From NCBI RefSeq assembly GCF_009914755.1, contig NC_060925.1: 64,000 nt of DNA; one strand, 5' to 3'. The notes under the pieces were generated by a model. That model was not told the DNA's origin, searched no databases, and saw only the letters and a program-made list of their open reading frames with translations. This document shows, piece after piece, positions 29,301 through 43,400 of this stretch; position 1 is the stretch's first letter; every line of letters begins with the position of its first letter. This DNA comes from the human T2T-CHM13v2.0 reference genome, Homo sapiens. Both the position numbers and the translations under genes were made by a program.

Positions 29301-32300
29301 ATGGACTGGAATGGAATCATTGAATGGACTTGAAAGGGATCATTATTGAATGGAATTGAATGGAATCATCGAATGGTCTCGATTGGAATCATTACCAAAT
29401 GGAATCGAATGGAATCACCGAATAGAATCGAATGGAACAATCATCGAATGGACTCAAATGGAATTATCCTCAAATGGAATCGAATGGAATTATCGAATGC
29501 AATCGAATAGAATCATCGAAAGGACTCGAATGGAATCATCGAATGGAATGGAATGGAACAGTCAATGAACTCGAATGGAATCATCATTGAATGGAATCGA
29601 ATGGAATCATCGAGTGGAATTGAATGGAATTATGATCAAATGGAATCGAATGTAATCATCATCAAATGGAATCAAAAATAACCATCATCAATTGGTATTG
29701 AATGGAATTGTCATCAAATGGAATTCAAAGGAATCATCATCAAATGGAACCGAATGGAATCCTCATTGAATGGAAATGAAAGGGGTCATCATCTAATGGA
29801 ATCGCATGGAATCATCATCAAATGGAATCGAATGGAATCATCATCAAATGGAATCTAATGGAATCATTGAACAGAATTGAATGGAATCGTCATCGAATGA
29901 ATTGAATGCAATCATCGAATGGTCTCGAATGGAATCATCTTCTAATGGAAAGGAATGGAATCATCGCATAGAATCGAATGGAATTATCATCGAATGGAAT
30001 CGAATGGTATCAACACCAAACGGAAAAAAACGGAATTATCGAATTGAATCGAAGAGAATCTTCGAACGGACCCGAATGGAATCATCTAATTGAATGGAAT
30101 GGAATAATCCATGGACTCGAATGCAATCATCATCGAATGGAATCGAATGGAATCATCGAATGGACTCGAATGGAATAATCATTGAACGGAATCGAATGGA
30201 ATCATCATCGGATGGAAACGAATGGAATCATCATCGAATGGAAATGAAAGGAGTCATCATCTAATGGAATTTCATGGAATCATCATAAAATGGAATCGAA
30301 TGGAATCAACATCAAATGGAATCAAATGGAATCATTGAACGGAATTGAATGGAATCGTCATCGAATGAATTGACTGCAATCATCGAATGGTCTCGAATGG
30401 AATCATCTTCAAATGGAATGGAATGGAATCATCGCATAGAATCGAATGGAATTATCATCGAATGGAATCGAATGGAATCAACATCAAACGGAAAAAAACA
30501 GAATTATCGTATGGAATCGAAGAGAATCATCGAATGGACCCGAATGGAATCATCTAATGGAATGGAATGGAATAATCCATGGACTCGAATGCAATCATCA
30601 TCGAATGGAATCGAATGGAATCATCGAATGGACTCGAATGGAATAATCATTGAACGGAATCGAATGGAATCATCATCGGATGGAAATGAATGGAATCATC
30701 ATCGAATGGAATCGAATAGAATTATGGAATGAAATCCAGTGTGATCATCATCGAATGGACCCGAATGGAATCATCATCCAACGGAAGCTAATGGAATCAA
30801 CATCGAATGAATCGAATGGAAACACCATCGAATTGAAACGAATGGAATTATCATGAAATTGAAATGGATGGACTCATCATCGAATGGATTCGAATGGAAT
30901 CATCGAATAAAATTGATTGAAATCATCATCCAATGGAATCGAATGGTATCATTGAATGGAATCGAATGGAATCTTCATCAGATGGAAATGAATGGAATCG
31001 TCATAGAATGGAATCGAATGGATTCATTGAATGGAATCAGATGGAATCATCGAATGGACTGGAATGGAATCATTGAATGGACTCGAAAGGGATCATGATT
31101 GAATGGAATTGAATGGAATCATCGAATGGTCTCGATTGGAATCATTATCAAATGGAATCGAATGGAATCACCGAATAGAATCGAATGGAACAATCATCGA
31201 ATGGACTCAAATGGAATTATCCTCCAATGGAATCGAATGGAATTATCGAATGCAATCGAATGGAATTATCGAATGCAATCGAATAGAATCATCGAATGGA
31301 CTCGAATGGAATCATCGAATGGAATGGAATGGAACAGTCAATGAACTCGAATGGAATCATCATTGAATGGAATCGAATGGAATCATCGAGTGGAATCAAA
31401 TGGAATTATGATCAAATGGAATCGAATGTAATCATCATCAAATGGAATCAAAAATAACCATCATCAATTGGTATTGAATGGAATTGTCATCAAATGGAAT
31501 TCAAAGGAATCATCATCAAATGGAACCGAATGGAATCCTCATTGAATGGAAATGAAAGGGGTCATCATCTAATGGAATCGCATGGAATCATCATCAAATG
31601 GAATCGAATGGAATCATCATCAAATGGAATCTAATGGAATCATTGAACAGAATTGAATGGAATCGTCATCGAATGAATTGAATGCAATCATCGAATGGTC
31701 TCGAATGGAATCATCTTCTAATGGAAAGGAATGGAATCATCGCATAGAATCGAATGGAATTATCATCGAATGGAATCGAATGGTATCAACACCAAACGGA
31801 AAAAAACGGAATTATCGAATGGAATCGAAGAGAATCTTCGAACGGACCCGAATGGAATCATCTAATGGAATGGAATGGAATAATCCATGGACTCGAATGC
31901 AATCATCATCGAATGGAATGGAATGGAATCATCGAATGGACTCGAATGGAATAATCATTGAACGGAATCGAATGGAATCATCATCGGATGGAAACGAATG
32001 GAATCATCATCGAATGGAAATGAAAGGAGTCATCATCTAATGGAATTGCATGGAATCATCATAAAATGGAATCGAATGGAATCAACATCAAATGGAATCA
32101 AATGGAATCATTGAACGGAATTGAATGGAATCGTCATCGAATGAATTGACTGCAATCATCCAATGGTCGCGAATGGAATCATCTTCAAATGGAATGGAAT
32201 GGAATCATCGCATAGAATCGAATGGAATTATCATCGAATGGAATCGAATGGAATCAACATCCAACGGAAAAAAACGGAATTATCGAATGGAATCGAAGAG

Positions 32301-35300
32301 AATCATCGAATGGACCCGAATGGAATCATCTAATGGAATGGAATGGAATAATCCATGGACTCGAATGCAATCATCATCGAATGGAATCGAATGGAATCAT
32401 CGAATGGACTCGAATGGAATAATCATTGAACGGCATCGAATGGAATCATCATCGGATGGAAATGAATGGAATCATCATCGAATGGAATCGAATAGAATTA
32501 TGGAATGAAATCCAGTGTGATCATCATCGAATGGACCCGAATGGAATCATCATTCAACGGAAGCTAATGGAATCAACATCGAATGAATCAAATGGAAACA
32601 CCATCGAATTGAAACGAATGGAATTATCATGAAATTGAAATGGATGGACTCATCATCGAATGGATTCGAATGGAATCATCGAATAAAATTGATTGAAATC
32701 ATCATCGAATGGAATCCAATGGTATCATTGAATGGAATCGAATGGAATCATCATCAGATGGAAATGAATGGAATCGTCATAGAATGGAATCGAATGGATT
32801 CATTGAATGGAATCAGATGGAATCATCGAATGGACTGGAATGGAATCATTGAATGGACTCGAAAGGGATCATGATTGAATGGAATTGAATGGAATCAACG
32901 AATGGTCTCGATTGGAATCATTATCAAATGGAATCGAATGGAATCACCGAATAGAATCGAATGGAACAATCATCGAATGGACTCAAATGGAATTATCCTC
33001 AAATGGAATCGAATGGAATTATCGAATGCAATCGAATGGAATTATCGATTGCAATCGAATAGAATCATCGAATGGACTCGAATGGAATCATCGAATGGAA
33101 TGGAATGGAACAGTCAATGAACTCGAATGGAATCATCATTGAATGGAATCGAATGGAATCATCGAGTGGAATCGAATGGAATTATGATCAAATGGAATCG
33201 AATGTAATCATCATCAAATGGAATCAAAAATAACCATCATCAATTGGTATTGAATGGAATTGTCATCAAATGGAATTCAAAGGAATCATCATCAAATGGA
33301 ACCGAATGGAATCCTCATTGAATGGAAATGAAAGGGGTCATCATCTAATGGAATCGCATGGAATCATCATCAAATGGAATCGAATGGAATCATCATCAAA
33401 TGGAATCTAATGGAATCATTGAACAGAATTGAATGGAATCGTCATCGAATGAATTGAATGCAATCATCGAATGGTCTCGAATGGAATCATCTTCTAATGG
33501 AAAGGAATGGAATCATCGCATAGAATCGAATGGAATTATCATCGAATGGAATCGAATGGTATCAACACCAAACGGAAAAAAACGGAATTATCGAATGGAA
33601 TCGAAGAGAATCTTCGAACGGACCCGAATGGAATCATCTAATGGAATGGAATGGAATAATCCATGGACTCGAATGCAATCAAAATCGAATGGAATCGAAT
33701 GGAATCATCGAATGGACTCGAATGGAATAATCATTGAACGGAATCGAATGGAATCATCATCGGATGGAAACGAATGGAATCATCATCGAATGGAAATGAA
33801 AGGAGTCATCATCTAATGGAATTGCATGGAATCATCATAAAATGGAATCGAATGGAATCAACATCAAATGGATTCAAATGGAATCATTGAACGGAATTGA
33901 ATGGAATCGTCATCGAATGAATTGACTGCAATCATCCAATGGTCTCGAATGGAATCATCTTCAAATGGAATGGAATGGAATCATCGCATAGAATCGAATG
34001 GAATTATCATCGAATGGAATCGAATGGAATCAACATCAAACGGAAAAAAACGGAATTATCGAATGGAATCGAAGAGAATCATCGAATGGACCCGAATGGA
34101 ATCATCTAATGGAATGGAATGGAATAATCCATGGACTCGAATGCAATCATCATCGAATGGAATCAAATGGAATCATCGAATGGACTCGAATGGAATAATC
34201 ATTGAACGGAATCGAATGGAATCGTCATCGGATGGAAATGAATGGAATCATCATCGAATGGAATCGAATAGAATTATGGAATGAAATCCAGTGTGATCAT
34301 CATCGAATGGACCCGAATGGAATCATCATCCAACGGAAGCTAATGGAATCAACATCGAATGAATCAAATGGAAACACCATCGAATTGAAACGAATGGAAT
34401 TATCATGAAATTGAAATGGATGGACTCATCATCGAATGGATTCGAATGGAATCATCGAATAAAATTGATTGAAATCATCATCCAATGGAATCGAATGGTA
34501 TCATTGAATGGAATCGAATGGAATCATCATCAGATGGAAATGAATGGAATCGTCATAGAATGGAATCGAATGGATTCATTGAATGGAATCAGATGGAATC
34601 ATCGAATGGACTGGAATGGAATCATTGAATGGACTCGAAAGGGATCATTATTGAATGGAATTGAATGGAATCATCGAATGGTCTCGATTGGAATCATTAT
34701 CAAATGGAATCGAATGGAATCACCGAATAGAATCGAATGGAACAATCATCGAATGGACTCAAATGGAATTATCCTCAAATGGAATCGAATGGAATTATCG
34801 AATGCAATCGAATGGAATTATCGAATGCAATCGAATATAATGATCGAATGGACTCGAATGGAATCATCGAATGGAATGGAATGGAACAGTCAATGAACTC
34901 GAATGGAATCATCATTGAATGGAATCGAATGGAATCATCGAGTGGAATCGAATGGAATTATGATCAAATTGCAATCGAATGTAATCCTCATCAAATGGAA
35001 TCAAAAATAACCATCATCAATTGGTATTGAATGGAATTGTCATCAAATGGAATTCAAAGGAATCATCATCAAATGGAACCGAATGGAATCCTCATTGAAT
35101 GGAAATGAAAGGGGTCATCATCTAATGGAATCGCATGGAATCATCATCAAATGGAATCGAATGGAATCATCATCAAATGGAATCTAATGGAATCATTGAA
35201 CAGAATTGAATGGAATCGTCATCGAATGAATTGAATGCAATCATCGAATGGTCTCGAATGGAATCATCTTCTAATGGAAAGGAATGGAATCATCGCATAG

Positions 35301-37440
35301 AATCGAATGGAATTATCATCGAATGGAATCGAATGGTATCAACACCAAACGGAGAAAAACGGAATTATCGAATGGAATCGAAGAGAATCTTCGAACGGAC
35401 CCGAATGGAATCATCTAATGGAATGGAATGGAATAATCCATGGACTCGAATGCAATCATCATCGAATGGAATCGAATGGAATCATCGAATGGACTCGAAT
35501 GGAATAATCATTGAACGGAATCGAATGGAATCATCATCGGATGGAAACGAATGGAATCATCATCGAATGGAAATGAAAGGAGTCATCATCTAATGGAATT
35601 GCATGGAATCATCATAAAATGGAATCGAATGGAATCAACATCAAATGGAATCAAATGGAATCATTGAACGGAATTGAATGGAATCGTCATCGAATGAATT
35701 GACTGCAATCATCGAATGGTCTCGAATGGAATCATCTTCAAATGGAATGGAATGGAATCATCGCATAGAATCGAATGGAATTATCATCGAATGGAATCGA
35801 ATGGAATCAACATCAAACGGAAAAAAACGGAATTATCGAATGGAATCGAAGAGAATCATCGAATGGACCCGAATGGAATCATCTAATGGAATGGAATGGA
35901 ATAATCCATGGACTCGAATGCAATCATCATCGAATGGAATCGAATGGAATCATCGAATGGACTCGAATGGAATAATCATTGAACGGAATCGAATGGAATC
36001 ATCATCGGATGGAAATGAATGGAATCATCATCGAATGGAATCGAATAGAATTATGGAATGAAATCCAGTGTGATCATCATCGAATGGACCCGAATGGAAT
36101 CATCATCCAACGGAAGCTAATGGAATCAACATCGAATGAATCGAATGGAAACACCATCGAATTGAAACGAATGGAATTATCATGAAATTGAAATGGATGG
36201 ACTCATCATCGAATGGATTCGAATGGAATCATCGAATAAAATTGATTGAAATCATCATCCAATGGAATCGAATGGTATCATTGAATGGAATCGAATGGAA
36301 TCATCATCAGATGGAAATGAATGGAATCGTCATAGAATGGAATCGAATGGAATCAGATGGAATCATCGAATGGACTGGAATGGAATCATTGAATGGACTC
36401 GAAAGGGATCATTATTGAATGGAATTGAATGGAATCATCGAATGGTCTCGATTGGAATCATTATCAAATGGAATGGAATGGAATCACCGAATAGAATCGA
36501 ATGGAACAATCATCGAATGGACTCAAATGGAATTATCCTCCAATGGAATCGAATGGAATTATCGAATGCAATCGAATGGAATTATCGAATGCAATCGAAT
36601 AGAATCATCGAATGGACTCGAATGGAATCATCGAATGGAATGGAATGGAACAGTCAATGAACTCGAGTGGAATCATCATTGAATGGAATCGAATGGAATG
36701 ATCGAGTGGAATCGAAAGAAATTATGATCAAATGGAAGCGAACGTAATCATCATCAAATGGAATCAAAAATAACCATCATCAATTGGTATTGAATGGAAT
36801 TGTCATCAAATGGAATTCAAAGGAATCATCATCAAATGGAACCGAATGGAATCCTCATTGAATGGAAATGAAAGGGGTCATCATCTAATGGAATCGCATG
36901 GAATCATCATCAAATGGAATCGAATGGAATCATCATCAAATGGAATCTAATGGAATCATTGAACAGAATTGAATGGAATCGTCATCGAATGAATTGAATG
37001 CAATCATCGAATGGTCTCGAATGGAATCATCTTCTAATGGAAAGGAATGGAATCATCGCATAGAATCGAATGGAATTATCATCGAATGGAATCGAATGGT
37101 ATCAACATCAAACGGAAAAAAACGGAATTATCGAATGGAATCGAAGAGAATCTTCGAACGGACCCGAATGGAATCATCTAATGGAATGGAATGGAATAAT
37201 CCATGGACTCGAATGCAATCATCATCGAATGGAATGGAATGGAATCATCGAATGGACTCGAATGGAATAATCATTGAACGGAATCGAATGGAATCATCAT
37301 CGGATGGAAACGAATGGAATCATCATCGAATGGAAATGAAAGGAGTCATCATCTAATGGAATTGCATGGAATCATCATAAAATGGAATCGAATGGAATCA
37401 ACATCAAATGGAATCAAATGGAATCATTGAACGGAATTGA
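26352..37440 (+). repeat. Canonical-type L/S alternating block (~1776-bp units with small indels)
   Basis: S at 26352, then L starts at 26820, 28596, 30349, 32125, 33901, 35678. Periods are 1776, 1753, 1776, 1776, 1777, 1763. Confidence 0.9.
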
Positions 37441-40400
37441 ATGGAATCGTCATCGAATGAATTGACTGCAATCATCGAATGGTCTCGAATGGAATCATCT
37501 TCAAATGGAATGGAATGGAATCATCGCATAGAATCGAATGGAATTATCATCGAATGGAATCGAATGGAATCAACATCAAACGGAAAAAAACGGAATTATC
37601 GAATGGAATCGAAGAGAATCATCGAATGGACCCGAATGGAATCATCTAATGGAATTAAATGGAATAATCCATGGACTCGAATGCAATCATCATCGAATGG
37701 AATCGAATGGAATCATCGAATGGACTCGAATGGAATAATCATTGAACGGAATCGAATGGAATCATCATCGGATGGAAACGAATGGAATCATCATCGAATG
37801 GAATCAAATAGAATTATGGAATGAAATCCAGTGTGATCATCATCGAATGGACCCGAATGGAATCATCATCCAACGGAAGCTAATGGAATCAACATCGAAT
37901 GAATCAAATGGAAACACCATCGAATTGAAACGAATGGAATTACCATGAAATTGAAATGGATGGACTCATCATCAAATGGATTCGAATGGATTCATCAAAT
38001 AAAATTGATTGAAATCATCATCGAATGGAATCGAATGGTATCATTGAATGGAATCGAATGGAATCATCATCAGATGGAAATGAATGGAATCGTCATAGAA
38101 TGGAATCGAATGGATTCATTGAATGGAATCAGATGGAATCATTGAATGGACTGGAATGGAATCATTGAATGGACTCGAAAGGGATCATGATTGAATGGAA
38201 TTGAATGGAATCATCGAATGGTCTCGATTGGAATCATTATCAAATGGAATCGAATGGAATCACCGAATAGAATCGAATGGAACAATCATCGAATGGACTC
38301 AAATGGAATTATCCTCCAATGGAATCGAATGGAATTATCGAATGCAATCGAATGGAATTATCGAATGCAATCGAATAGAATCATCGAATGGACTCGAATG
38401 GAATCATCGAATGGAATGGAATGGAACAGTCAATGAACTCGAATGGAATCATCATTGAATGGAATCGAATGGAATCATCGAGTGGAATCGAAAGGAATTA
38501 TGACCAAATGGAATCGAATGTAATCATCATCAAATGGAATCAAAAATAACCATCATCAATTGGTATTGAATGGAATTGTCATCAAATGGAATTCAAAGGA
38601 ATCATCATCAAATGGAACCGAATGGAATCCTCATTGAATGGAAATGAAAGGGGTCATCATCTAATGGAATCGCATGGAATCATCATCAAATGGAATCGAA
38701 TGGAATCATCATCAAATGGAATCAAATGGAATCATTGAACAGAATTGAATGGAATGGTCATCGAATGAGTTGAATGCAATCATCGAATGGTCTCGAATGG
38801 AATCATCTTCTAATGGAAAGGAATGGAATCATCGCATAGAATCGAATGGAATTATCATCGAATGGAATCGAATGGTATCAACACCAAACGGAAAAAAACG
38901 GAATTATCGAATGGAATCGAAGAGAATCTTCGAACGGACCCGAATGGAATCATCTAATGGAATGGAATGGAATAATCCATGGACTCGAATGCAATCATCA
39001 TCGAATGGAATCGAATGGAATCATCGAATGGACTCGAATGGAATAATCATTGAACGGAATCGAATGGAATCATCATCGGATGGAAACGAATGGAATCATC
39101 ATCGAATGGAAATGAAAGGAGTCATCATCTAATGGAATTGCATGGAATCATCATAAAATGGAATCGAATGGAATCAACATCAAATGGAATCAAATGGAAT
39201 CATTGAACGGAATTGAATGGAATCGTCATCGAATGAATTGAATGCAATCATCGAATGGTCTCGAATGGAATCATCTTCAAATGGAATGGAATGGAATCAT
39301 CGCATAGAATCGAATGGAATTATCATCGAACGGAATCGAATGGAATCAACATCAAACGGAAAAAAACGGAATTATCGAATGGAATCGAAGAGAATCATCG
39401 AATGGACCCGAATGGAATCATCTAATGGAATGGAATGGAATAATCCATGGACTCGAATGCAATCATCATCGAATGGAATCGAATGGAATCATCGAATGGA
39501 CTCGAATGGAATAATCATTGAACGGAATCGAATGGAATCATCATCGGATGGAAACGAATGGAATCATCATCGAATGGAAATGAAAGGAGTCATCATCTAA
39601 TGGAATTGCATGGAATCATCATAAAATGGAATCGAATGGAATCATCATCAAATGGAATCAAATGGAATCATTGAACGGAATTGAATGGAATCGTCATCGA
39701 ATGAATTGAATGCAATCATCGAATGGTCTCGAATGGAATCATCTTCAAATGGAATGGAATGGAATCATCGCATAGAATCGAATGGAATTATCATCGAATG
39801 GAATCGAATGGTATCAACATCAAACGGAAAAAAATGGAATTATCGAATGGAATCAAAGAGAATCTTCGAACGGACCCGAATGGAATCATCTAATGGAATG
39901 GAATGGAATAATCCATGGACTCGAATGCAATCATCATCGAATGGAATCGAATGGAATCATTGAAAGGACTCGTATGGAATAATCATTGAACGGAATCGAA
40001 TGGAATCATCATCGGATGGAAATGAATGGAATCATCATCGAATGGAATCGAATAGAATTATGGAATGAAATCCAGTGTGATCATCATCGAATGGACCCGA
40101 ATGGAATCATCATCCAACGGAAGCTAATGGAATCAACATCCAATGAATCGAATGGAAACACCATCGAATTGAAACGAATGGAATTATCATGAAATTGAAA
40201 TGGATGGACTCATCATCGAATGGATTCGAATGGAATCATCGAATAAAATTGATTGAAATCATCATCGAATGGAATCGAATGGTATCATTGAATGGAATCG
40301 AATGGAATCATCATCAGATGGAAATGAATGGAATCGTCATAGAATGGAATCGAATGGATTCATTGAATGGAATCAGATGGAATCATCGAATGGACTGGAA

Positions 40401-43400
40401 TGGAATCATTGAATGGACTCGAAAGGGATCATTATTGAATGGAATTGAATGGAATCATCGAATGGTCTCGATTGGAATCATTATCAAATGGAATCGAATG
40501 GAATCACCGAATAGAATCGAATGGAACAATCATCGAATGGACTCAAATGGAATTATCCTCAAATAGAATCGAATGGAATTATCGAATGCAATCGAATGGA
40601 GTTATCGAATGCAATCGAATAGAATCATCGAATGGACTCGAATGGAATCATCGAATGGAATGGAATGGAACAGTCAATAAACTCGAATGGAATCATCATT
40701 GAATGGAATCGAATGGAATCATCGAGTGGAATCGAATGGAATTATGATCAAATGGAATCGAATGTAATCATCATCAAATGGAATCAAAAATAACCATCAT
40801 CAATTGGTATTGAATGGAATTGTCATCAAATGGAATTCAAAGGAATCATCATCAAATGGAACCGAATGGAATCCTCATTGAATGGAAATGAAAGGGGTCA
40901 TCATCTAATGGAATCGCATGGAATCATCATCAAATGGAATCGAATGGAATCATCATCAAATGGAATCGAATGGAATCATTGAAAGAATTGAATGGAATCA
41001 TCATCGAATGAATTGAATGCAATCATCGAATGGTCTCGAATGGAATCATCTTCTAATGGAAAGGAATGGAATCATCGCATAGAATCGAATGGAATTATCA
41101 TCGAATGGAATCGAATGGTATCAACACCGAACGGAAAAAAACGGAATTATCGAATGGAATCGAAGAGAATCTTCGAACGGACCCGAATGGAATCATCTAA
41201 TGGAATGGAATGGAATAATCCATGGAGTCGAATGCAATCATCATCGAATGGAATCGAATGGAATCATCGAATGGACTCGAATGGAATAATCATTGAACGG
41301 AATCGAATGGAATCATCATCGGATGGAAACGAATGGAATCATCATCGAATGGAAATGAAAGGAGTCATCATCTAATGGAATTGCATGGAATCATCATAAA
41401 ATGGAATCGAATGGAATCAACATCAAATGGAATCAAATGGAATCATTGAACGGAATTGAATGGAATCGTCATCGAATGAATTGAATGCAATCATCGAATG
41501 GTCTCGAATGGAATCATCTTCAAATGGAATGGAATGGAATCATCGCATAGAATCGAATGGAATTATCATCGAATGGAATCGAATGGAATCAACATCAAAC
41601 GGAAAAAAACGTAATTATCGAATGGAATCGAAGAGAATCATCGAATGGACCCGAATGGAATCATCTAATGGAATGGAATGGAATAATCCATGGACTCGAA
41701 TGCAATCATCATCGAATGGAATCGAATGGAATCATCGAATGGACTCGAATGGAATAATCATTGAACGGAATCGAATGGAATCATCATCGGATGGAAATGA
41801 ATGGAATCATCATCGAATGGAATCGAATAGAATTATGGAATGAAATCCAGTGTGATCATCATCGAATGGACACGAATGGAATCATCATCCAACGGAAGCT
41901 AATGGAATCAACATCGAATGAATCAAATGGAAACACCATCGAATTGAAACGAATGGAATTACCATGAAATTGAAATGGATGGACTCATCATCAAATGGTT
42001 TCGAGTGGAATCATCGAATAAAATTGATTGAAATCATCATCGAATGGAATCGAATGGTATCATTGAATGGAATCGAATGGAATCATCATCAGATGGAAAT
42101 GAAAGGAATCGTCATAGAATGGAATCGAATGGATTCATTGAATGGAATCAGATGGAATCATTGAATGGACTGGAATGGAATCATTGAATGGACTCGAAAG
42201 GGATCATGATTGAATGGAATTGAATGGAATCATCGAATGGTCTCGATTGGAATCATTATCAAATGGAATCGAATGGAATCACCGAATAGAATCGAATGGA
42301 ACAATCATCTAATGGACTCAAATGGAATTATCCTCAAATGGAATCGAATGGAATTATCGAATGCAATCGAATGGAATTATCGAATGCAATCGAAGAGAAT
42401 CATCGAATGGACTCGAATGGAATCATCGAATGGAATGGAATGGAACAGTCAATGAACTCGAATGGAATCATCATTGAATGGAATCGAATGGAATCATCGA
42501 GTGGAATCGAATGGAATTATGATCAAATGGAATCGAATGTAATCATCATCAAATGGAATCAAAAATAACCATCATCAATTGGTATTGAATGGAATTCTCA
42601 TCAAATGGAATTCAAAGGAATCATCATCAAATGGAACCGAATGGAATCCTCATTGAATGGAAATGAAAGGGGTCATCATCTAATGGAATCGCATGGAATC
42701 ATCATCAAATGGAATCGAATGGAATCAACATCAAATGGAATCTAATGGAATCATTGAACGGAATTGAATGGAATCGTCATCGAATGAATTGAATGCAATC
42801 ATCGAATGGTCTCGAATGGAATCATCTTCAAATGGAATGGAATGGAATCATCGCATAGAATCGAATGGAATTATCATCGAATGGAATCGAATGGAATCAA
42901 CATCAAACGGAAAAAAACGGAATTATCGAATGGAATCGAAGAGAATCTTCGAACGGACCCGAATGGAATCATCTAATGGAATGGAATGGAATAATCCATG
43001 GACTCGAATGCAATCATCATCGAATGGAATCGAATGGAATCATCGAATGGACTCGAATGGAATAATCATTGAACGGAATCGAATGGAATCATCATCGGAT
43101 GGAAACGAATGGAATCATCATCGAATGGAAATGAAAGGAGTCATCATCTAATGGAATTGCATGGAATCATCATAAAATGGAATCGAATGGAATCAACATC
43201 AAATGGAATCAAATGGAATCATTGAACGGAATTGAATGGAATCGTCATCGAATGAATTGAATGCAATCATCGAATGGTCTCGAATGGAATCATCTTCAAA
43301 TGGAATGGAATGGAATCATCGCATAGAATCGAATGGAATTATCATCGAATGGAATCGAATGGAATCAACATCAAACGGAAAAAAACGGAATTATCGAATG

